Part shown: positions 57,898-64,000 of the stretch, one piece after another | How positions within the stretch are numbered: position 1 is the stretch's first letter | Layout of the letters: each line of letters begins with the position of its first letter | Position numbers and translations under genes: made by a program | From: Longimicrobiales bacterium | GTDB taxonomy: Bacteria; Gemmatimonadota; Gemmatimonadetes; Longimicrobiales; Gaopeijiaceae | Length of the DNA: 64,000 bases | Direction: 5' to 3' | NCBI GenBank assembly: GCA_963664435.2 | Contig: CAXXKM010000003.1 | Span: 1,024,001 to 1,088,000, forward strand | Notes under the pieces: model-generated | Databases searched by the model: none | Told to the model about the DNA's origin: nothing | What the model saw: the letters and a program-made list of their open reading frames with translations, nothing else

Positions 57898-59214
57898 ATG
57901 ATTAAGCAATTCATCAAGGCTTCCGCCCTGGTTCTCGCGCCCATCGTGTTGCTGGCTTCGTGTGACGCGCTCGACGAACTGCTGAGCGTGCCGGCCCCAT
58001 CCCAGGTGGTGGCGAGCGACCTGGAGGACCCGAATTCGGCGCACCTTCTCGTGGCGAGCGTCGCCAACGAGTTCCGCTGCACCCATACCTACCACGCGAC
58101 CGCGAGCGCCCTCACCGGCAACGAGTGGCGCGACGCTTCCAACAACACCATCTCCAACATCTGGGACGCCCGCATCCATGACACCAGCGGCTACGGCTCC
58201 CAGTACGCGCAGCGCGACTGCGGAGACACGTTCAGCCCGGCTCTTTACCGCCCTCTCTCGAGGACGCGCTGGCTGGCCGACTATGTGCTTGGCCTGCTGA
58301 ACGAGTGGACCGACGAAGACGTGCCCAACCGGTCGGACATGATCGCCGAAGTGTCGATGTACGCCGGCTACACCTACACGCTGTTTTCCGAGGCGATGTG
58401 CGAGCTGGTGCTGATCGACAACGGGCCCGTCGTCACCCCCGCGGACGGTTTCAACACGGCGATAGAGCGGTTCGACCAGGCGGCGGCGGCCGGAGCCTCG
58501 GGCGACCTCCTCAACGCCGTGCGAGTCGGCAAGGCCCGGGCCCAGCTCAATCTGGGGCAGACCTCGGCCGCGGCCGGCACGGCCAGCGCGGTACCCGAGG
58601 GCTTCGAGTGGCTGCTTGAGTACTCAGGTGCCGAATCGGTCACCAAGAACAAGCAGTGGGAGTTCAACGTCGACAACAACATGGTCACGGTGGCGGAGCC
58701 CTACCGGAACTTCCCCTGCAACTTCCCCTGGCCCGACGACATGATGTCGGAGTGCATGGATGAACTCGATACGCGCGTCGTGGTGACCGACCAGGAGCGG
58801 GGCCACACCAACACGGGAATCGCCCTCTGGTTCGCCGAGAAGTATCCCAGCGCAAACTCCCCGGTGCAGCTCGCCAGCTGGGAGGAGGCACAGCTCATCA
58901 TCGCCGAGGCCGCCATCGAAGCGGGCAACTATGGCCAGGCGTCGTCGATCTTCAACACGCTGCGTGCCAACGCCGGCCTGTCGCCCCACATGGGCTCCAT
59001 GGACATGAACGGCATGATGGACCAGCTCGTCGAAGAGCGTGCCGCGGAGCTGTTCCTGGAGGGACACCACCTGTGGGATCTGAGGCGGCTCGGAGTCCGC
59101 CCCTATCCGCCGATCGGACAGGACGACGGCTTCGGCGCCGTGTACGGCAACCAGCTGTGCTTCGACCTGCCGGCTACGGAGTTCCAGAACAACACCACCA
59201 TCACGGGCGGCTGA
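57898..59214 (+). CDS. SusD/RagB family lipoprotein
   Basis: Lipobox LASC; EAQLIIAEA, FNTLRANAGL, EERAAELFLEGHHLWDLRR. Confidence 0.9.
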   Translation: MIKQFIKASALVLAPIVLLASCDALDELLSVPAPSQVVASDLEDPNSAHLLVASVANEFRCTHTYHATASALTGNEWRDASNNTISNIWDARIHDTSGYGSQYAQRDCGDTFSPALYRPLSRTRWLADYVLGLLNEWTDEDVPNRSDMIAEVSMYAGYTYTLFSEAMCELVLIDNGPVVTPADGFNTAIERFDQAAAAGASGDLLNAVRVGKARAQLNLGQTSAAAGTASAVPEGFEWLLEYSGAESVTKNKQWEFNVDNNMVTVAEPYRNFPCNFPWPDDMMSECMDELDTRVVVTDQERGHTNTGIALWFAEKYPSANSPVQLASWEEAQLIIAEAAIEAGNYGQASSIFNTLRANAGLSPHMGSMDMNGMMDQLVEERAAELFLEGHHLWDLRRLGVRPYPPIGQDDGFGAVYGNQLCFDLPATEFQNNTTITGG

Positions 59215-59284
59215 TGATCCGCATGTGATCGACGACTTCCGGAAGGGGAGGAGGATCTGGAGGATCTGACTTCCCGGAAAGAGA

Positions 59285-59329
59285 GAACCGGAGGCGGGGC
59301 CGTCGGGCCTTGCCTCCGGTTCGTTTTTT
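59285..59329 (+). terminator. Rho-independent terminator after susD2
   Basis: GAACCGGAGGCGGGGCC-GTCG-GGCCTTGCCTCCGGTTC hairpin followed by GTTTTTT. Confidence 0.85.
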
Positions 59330-59356
59330 GGGTGGCGCGCTCGGGCAGGGTGACGG

Positions 59357-59878
59357 TCAGCGCCCGGTGACGATCAGAATCACCCCGGATTGATGGCCCG
59401 TTCCCCAGCGCGTGGTGGCGTCGCCGGGGCCGATGAACTCCATCCGTCGGACCTCGCTGAGAGGGACCTGGAAGAGCGCGCTCAGCCCGCCCGGCCGGCG
59501 GATGTTGTCGATGTATACGACGGCGTACATGGCGCCCGCGGAGGTAAGGGAGTTGGAGCCTCGTGAGCGCAGCCAGGCCGGCCGGAAGCGGCGGAGAAAC
59601 TGCATCGCGTTGTGCGCGTTCGCCCCTCGTTCGTCGATCTCGGCGCGCGAGATCTGGTTCGGGGGATAGGATCGGGCCTGGGCCTCGGCACCGGCGGGCG
59701 CGTCCGGCGAGTTCGCGGGCCCGCTCCCGGCACTTCCGCCGCAAGCGGCGATCAGGAGCACGAGCACGGTGCCGGAGGTTGCCGAAAGGGCCGTCCTGGC
59801 GCCGGAATCGAAGCGGGCGTCCCGGCGAGCCGAAGCTGTGGCGGCGCCGCGCGTCCGCGATTGGGTCGGGCAGGTCAT
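59357..59878 (-). CDS. Small lipoprotein with a TonB plug-like domain (start uncertain)
   Basis: Lipobox IAAC; ISRAEI, RRFRPAWL, VVYIDN, DATTRWGTGHQSGVILIVT. Confidence 0.7.
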   Translation of the reverse strand: MTCPTQSRTRGAATASARRDARFDSGARTALSATSGTVLVLLIAACGGSAGSGPANSPDAPAGAEAQARSYPPNQISRAEIDERGANAHNAMQFLRRFRPAWLRSRGSNSLTSAGAMYAVVYIDNIRRPGGLSALFQVPLSEVRRMEFIGPGDATTRWGTGHQSGVILIVTGR

Positions 59879-60007
59879 GGGCGTCCCGGGGCAACGAAAG
59901 GTTGGCTTGGTGTAGTCTGGAGGTACACGACCGCCTCGCATATGTTCTGGGCCACAGACAGGGGCGACTGCTTCATTCAGGCCATAACGCAGGGAGGTGC
60001 ACGAGCC

Positions 60008-60469
60008 ATGAAGACGGGGGATTTCCGGGAACGGGTGTTTTCGACTGCGGCCATCCTCGCCCTCGTGGTGCTATCGGGATGCAAGAGCTGGCAGCCGGTC
60101 ATGGAAACCCCGGCGAGCTGGATCGCCCGCGAGAGCCCTCCGGAGGTGCGCCTCACCGCCGCCACCGGGGACCAGGTGACGATCCGGCGTCCGATCGTGG
60201 TGAACGACTCGATCGTGTCGGCATCCGCACGGGTGGCGGTCGGAGCCTTCGCGCCCCCCAGGCGAGGCGTGCGGTTGTCGGATGTGCACGGGTTCGAGGT
60301 CCCGCAGTTCGACCCGGTCAAAACGGCCGGTCTGGCCGCCGGATTCCTGGCGGTTTCCATCAGCTGGGCGCGGACCGTCGGAAAGACCGGCGGCGGGCAG
60401 GAAACCCCCGAGCCGCCGCTGGACAAGTTCGCGCCCGGCTTCCGGCTCATGTGGAGGGTCATTCCATGA
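60008..60469 (+). CDS. Hypothetical lipoprotein
   Basis: RBS GGAGG; lipobox LSGC; C-terminal hydrophobic segment. Confidence 0.65.
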   Translation: MKTGDFRERVFSTAAILALVVLSGCKSWQPVMETPASWIARESPPEVRLTAATGDQVTIRRPIVVNDSIVSASARVAVGAFAPPRRGVRLSDVHGFEVPQFDPVKTAGLAAGFLAVSISWARTVGKTGGGQETPEPPLDKFAPGFRLMWRVIP

Positions 60470-61452
60470 CCGGATCGATGCACCCCCCAGGGCGACCTGA
60501 GCGCGATCGGTCGGGCACCCGGCGGGGGCGTTCTCCATTTCCGAACGGCGGGCGCGTCCGGGCCATGGCAATCCTTTTCGCCCTGTGCGCCTGCGGGGAT
60601 GCGACGGGACCCACCCTGAGCCCCGGAGAGCGCTGCGGCTCGGACGACAGCGCGGTCCCGACCTTCGCGGATCCCGCGCTCGAAGCCGGCATTCGCGCAG
60701 CGCTCGACCTCGCCCCGGAGGAATCGCTCACCTGCGGGCGCGTCGCCTCGCTGGAGTCCCTGGGAGTCAATGCCACAGGCATCCGAAACCTCTCCGGAAT
60801 CGAGAACCTGACCGGGCTCACAGAGCTGCTGGTTGCCGGGAACGGGATCGAGGATCTTGGCCCGCTCGCGGCGCTGACCGGGCTCGAATACCTCGACGTG
60901 CGCGAGAATTCGATCACCGATCTGAGCCCGCTCTCCGGACTCACCAGCATGTTCGCTCTCAGCTTCGGCGACAACCAGGTTTCCGACCTGTCGCCCGTCC
61001 GCAACATGAGCCAGCTCGAACAACTCGGCGGGTCGAACAACCGGATCAGCGACCTCACGCCGCTCGCGGGGCTGGAAACTCTGCTGCGGCTGGAACTCTA
61101 CAACAACGACATTACCGACCTCGGCCCGGTCATTGGCCTGTGGGCGCTTCAGACGCTGGATGTCGGCCGAAACACCGTCCCCGACCTGTCGGCCCTGACC
61201 GAACTCGACAACCTGCTGCTCATCGGCCTCGAGCAGACCACGGTGACCGACCTGAGCCCGCTGATCGACATGATCTATCTGACCACCCTGCATCTCCACG
61301 ACAACCGGGAGCTGAGCGACATCCAGCCGCTCCTCGACAACCCGGGCGTCGGCAGGGACGACGCGGTGAAGCTGGAGCGAACCTCCGTTTCCTGCGAGGA
61401 CATCGAGATGCTCAGGGAGAAGCGCGCCACGGTGACGTCGAACTGCCCGTAG
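60466..61452 (+). CDS. Internalin-like leucine-rich repeat lipoprotein
   Basis: LCAC lipobox-like; FADPALEAGIR cap; about 8 repeats of N-I-DL-PL--L--L--L. Confidence 0.88.
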   Translation: MTGSMHPPGRPERDRSGTRRGRSPFPNGGRVRAMAILFALCACGDATGPTLSPGERCGSDDSAVPTFADPALEAGIRAALDLAPEESLTCGRVASLESLGVNATGIRNLSGIENLTGLTELLVAGNGIEDLGPLAALTGLEYLDVRENSITDLSPLSGLTSMFALSFGDNQVSDLSPVRNMSQLEQLGGSNNRISDLTPLAGLETLLRLELYNNDITDLGPVIGLWALQTLDVGRNTVPDLSALTELDNLLLIGLEQTTVTDLSPLIDMIYLTTLHLHDNRELSDIQPLLDNPGVGRDDAVKLERTSVSCEDIEMLREKRATVTSNCP

Positions 61453-61491
61453 CAGGCTGCCGGCGGGCTCAGGCCCCGGTAGTACCTGGTA

Positions 61492-62622
61492 CTACTCTGA
61501 ATCCGTCGCCTCTCCTCCGAGATGGCAGGCGGCCAGGTCCACCAACTCCCGTGCCCCGGCAAAGAGCGGGGTGCGCTGGTGAATGTCCCGCGGACGAATG
61601 TCGAGGATGTCCTCGGTGCCGCTGGTGGCCCTTCCTCCCGCCTGCTCCATGATCAGGGCCATGGGCGCCGCCTCGTACATCAGGCGCAGCTTCCCCTCCG
61701 GCTTCCCCCGAAAGGCGGGGTACATGAAGAGTCCGCCCACCAGAAGGGTTCGGTGGATGTCGGCCACCAGCGAGCCGATGTAGCGTGCCGAAAATCCTTT
61801 GGCTCCTTTCGGCGGAGGCCTCTTGAAGTGGCGCACGAGATCGTGCTGGCGAGGGTCCCACCGGCGCGTGTAGGCCTCGTTGGTGGAGTAGTGCAGAGCG
61901 GACGGCGAGGGAATGCGCATGTCGCGCCGATTGAGGAGGAACTCGCCACTCTCCGGGTCCCGGATGAAGCCGTGCACGCCGCGCCCGCTGGTGTAGACCA
62001 GCACCGTGGCGGCCCCGTAGAGGATATAGCCCGCGGCGATCTGGTCGCGGCCGGGACGGAGAATCTCCGAGGGGGCGAGGGCGGAACCGGGGGCATCGTC
62101 GGACGCGCAGCCCGTCGCGTCGTCGGACCCGCAGCCCGTCGCATCATCGGACCGGCAGCCCGCCGCATCATCGGATCCGCAATCCGTGGCGTCGGGCCTG
62201 GCACGGGGCAGCAGGGAAAAGATGGTGCCCACCGGGACATTCACCCCCAGGTTGGACGATCCGTCGAGCGGGTCGAGCGCGAGGATACAGCCTCCGTCCG
62301 GGTGACTCGACGGAATGGACATGTGATCTTCGGCCTCTTCGGAGATGATGCAACACAGCATCTCGTCCGCCGCGACCTCCTCCACGACCGCGTTGTGGGC
62401 GTACTGGTCGATGCGGGTGGCGGCCTCGCCGTGGATGTTGCGGTCGCCCGTGCGCGGCAGGGTTCCGGTCAATCCCGTGCGCGCTACCACCCGGGCGATG
62501 CGGGTGCCCGCGCGAGCGAGGCCGGTGAGCAGGTGAATCCAGTCCGGCGGTGCGGACGAATGGGCGGCCTCCTCGCCTTCGAGGAACGCGCCGAGGGTGG
62601 GCACGAGCGTGCGAGAGCGCAT
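61492..62622 (-). CDS. fbp: Class 1 fructose-1,6-bisphosphatase
   Basis: ISEE, DPLDGSSN, GTIFS, AAGYILYG, RYIGSLVADIHRTL, GKLRLMYEAAP, EQAGG, HQRTP. Confidence 0.95.
   Translation of the reverse strand: MRSRTLVPTLGAFLEGEEAAHSSAPPDWIHLLTGLARAGTRIARVVARTGLTGTLPRTGDRNIHGEAATRIDQYAHNAVVEEVAADEMLCCIISEEAEDHMSIPSSHPDGGCILALDPLDGSSNLGVNVPVGTIFSLLPRARPDATDCGSDDAAGCRSDDATGCGSDDATGCASDDAPGSALAPSEILRPGRDQIAAGYILYGAATVLVYTSGRGVHGFIRDPESGEFLLNRRDMRIPSPSALHYSTNEAYTRRWDPRQHDLVRHFKRPPPKGAKGFSARYIGSLVADIHRTLLVGGLFMYPAFRGKPEGKLRLMYEAAPMALIMEQAGGRATSGTEDILDIRPRDIHQRTPLFAGARELVDLAACHLGGEATDSE
62093..62193 (-). repeat. In-frame 24-bp tandem repeat x4 inside fbp
   Basis: GCATCRTCGGAYSSGCARYCCGYS-like units encoding DATDCGSD/DAAGCRSD/DATGCGSD/DATGCASD. 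Confidence 0.9.
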
Positions 62623-62808
62623 GGAGTGGCGGGACGAGGGCGGGCGTGAGGGTTTCTTGTGTTCTGGCTGGCAATGTCGCAGGAGCACGGGCTCCAGGGT
62701 AGGGTTCGGGCCGCCCTGTCTACGGCCAGGAGTCCCATCGAGCCATCTCTGGGTGGCGTAGTTCCGAGCCAGCGGAAAGCTGATCTGTTGGGGCACCTTC
62801 CTCGTCCG

Positions 62809-64000
62809 TCAACACTCCGCCAGCACCGGGCAGCGTTCCACAGAGAGCGTGAAGTCCCCCGTGGGGAAGGCGCGAACCCGCACGATGCCCTGGAGGTCGG
62901 TGCGGGCGAGGTCGGCGCCGACGCGCTCGAGACGGTCGAGCACCACCCGGTGTGGGTGTCCGTAGCGGTTGCGGGCGCCCGCCGAGATGACCGACAGCTC
63001 GGGCTGCGTGAACTCGACGAGGCTCCACGCGGTCGAGGTGCGGCTGCCGTGGTGGCCGGCCTTGAGGAGGACGAGGGGCGGGATGCGGCCCGCGTCCAGG
63101 AGCGCCTCTTCCACCGCGGCGGGCGCGTCGCCGGGGAGCAGTGCGGTGAAGTCGCCATAGCGCAGCAGCACGACGACGGACTGGTCGTTGGCTTCGTCGC
63201 TGGCGGCTGAGTCGGCGGCGCCTCCCGGGTGCAGCACTTCCAGGGTAACGCCGTCCGCGGAGACGCGGTCCCCGGTGCGCGCCGCGAACCAGGTGGCGCC
63301 CCGGGCCTGCGCCCGCTCCAGGGCGGCGACGTAGGCGGGACGGGCGGCGGCGGTTCCGGGGTCGAGCACTCGGAGCACGGTGAGTTCCGAGAGGACGGCG
63401 TTGGCTCCGCCGATGTGGTCCAGGTCCGGATGGGTGAGGATCAGCGCCTCCAGGCGGGCGGCGCCCCTCCTGCGCAGGTAGGGGACGACGATGCGCTCCC
63501 CGGAATCGAAGGTGCGCGAGCGCGGGCCGGTGTCGATGAGGATCCATCGGCTTCCGGGGGTGCGGATGGCCACTGCGTCGCCCTGCCCCACGTCCAGGAA
63601 GACCAGCTCCATGGCGCCGCCGCGCCCGACGAGCGCGGGAATGGGCCAGGCCACCAGCGCGGCCGCGAGGCAGGCGACCAGGAGGGTGGCGCGCACTCGG
63701 GGACGCAGGCGAAGGGCGAGGCCGCGGACGACGAGGGCGTAGACGGCGAAGGCGGCGGTGGCGGCCGCGATCCACCAGCGCGGCGTCCAGACCGCGGCGC
63801 CGGGGATGTCCACCACCACGGAGACGATGGCGCCGGCGACCTGAAGGAACAGGTCGGAGCCCCCCGCGAAGATGCTCGCCAGGGGAAACGAGACGAAGGA
63901 GAGAAGGATTGAGAGGAGGAGCCCCGGAATGGCGGCCGCGACCAGCGGCCCCGCCACCAGGGTGACCGGAATGCCGGCGGTCGCGAAGTACCCGAAGTGC
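62809..64000 (-). CDS. comEC: ComEC/Rec2 DNA internalisation protein (3' part, starts beyond the window)
   Basis: TM segments then an MBL domain: FLDVGQGDA, LTHPDLDHIGG, NDQSVV, LPGDA, GHHGSRTST, NRYGHPH, RTDLQG. Confidence 0.92.
   Translation of the reverse strand, partial: HFGYFATAGIPVTLVAGPLVAAAIPGLLLSILLSFVSFPLASIFAGGSDLFLQVAGAIVSVVVDIPGAAVWTPRWWIAAATAAFAVYALVVRGLALRLRPRVRATLLVACLAAALVAWPIPALVGRGGAMELVFLDVGQGDAVAIRTPGSRWILIDTGPRSRTFDSGERIVVPYLRRRGAARLEALILTHPDLDHIGGANAVLSELTVLRVLDPGTAAARPAYVAALERAQARGATWFAARTGDRVSADGVTLEVLHPGGAADSAASDEANDQSVVVLLRYGDFTALLPGDAPAAVEEALLDAGRIPPLVLLKAGHHGSRTSTAWSLVEFTQPELSVISAGARNRYGHPHRVVLDRLERVGADLARTDLQGIVRVRAFPTGDFTLSVERCPVLAEC

Noticed and set aside
62623..62812. 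Relay chain between comEC and fbp
   Set aside because: The TTG-started micro-ORF ends at TAG 62720 and does not reach the fbp start; a counter-example to the relay pattern

Overview
High-GC bacterial chromosome window with about 50 tightly packed CDSs. No rRNA, tRNA, CRISPR array, integrase or transposase was recognised. The combination of SusC/SusD pairs, many lipoproteins, PQQ dehydrogenases and ankyrin/LRR proteins suggests a Gemmatimonadota-like, possibly host- or sponge-associated organism (inference only). Housekeeping genes are pcm, rluB, scpAB, rpsT, pyrRBC, tadA, gltX, ispG, fbp and comEC. Accessory blocks are a four-gene RND exporter with two RND subunits, a YtrA/GntR ABC operon, an ~18 kb minus-strand carbohydrate locus (SusC/D, Nramp-like, NagB-like, YetA/PL26-like, PQQ-cytochrome c dehydrogenase, exported amidohydrolase, uxuB-uxuA-eda-kdgK, ankyrin) and a second SusC/D pair. 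Five observations stand out: (1) many intra-operon spacers are tiled end to end by chains of micro-ORFs linked by RTGA/TGATG stop-start overlaps, often built from duplicated gene junctions; (2) a tandem palindromic element (CCCACTACCGGTAGTGGG-like) recurs at three intergenic sites in the same transcriptional orientation; (3) a LexA paralogue lacks the cleavage site and catalytic dyad; (4) a class 1 FBPase carries an acidic four-Cys tandem-repeat insertion in the loop that holds the redox switch in chloroplast FBPase; (5) the uxu pathway lacks uxaC but sits behind a periplasmic dehydrogenase and a possible lactonase. All calls come from reading motifs by eye; no database searches were run.
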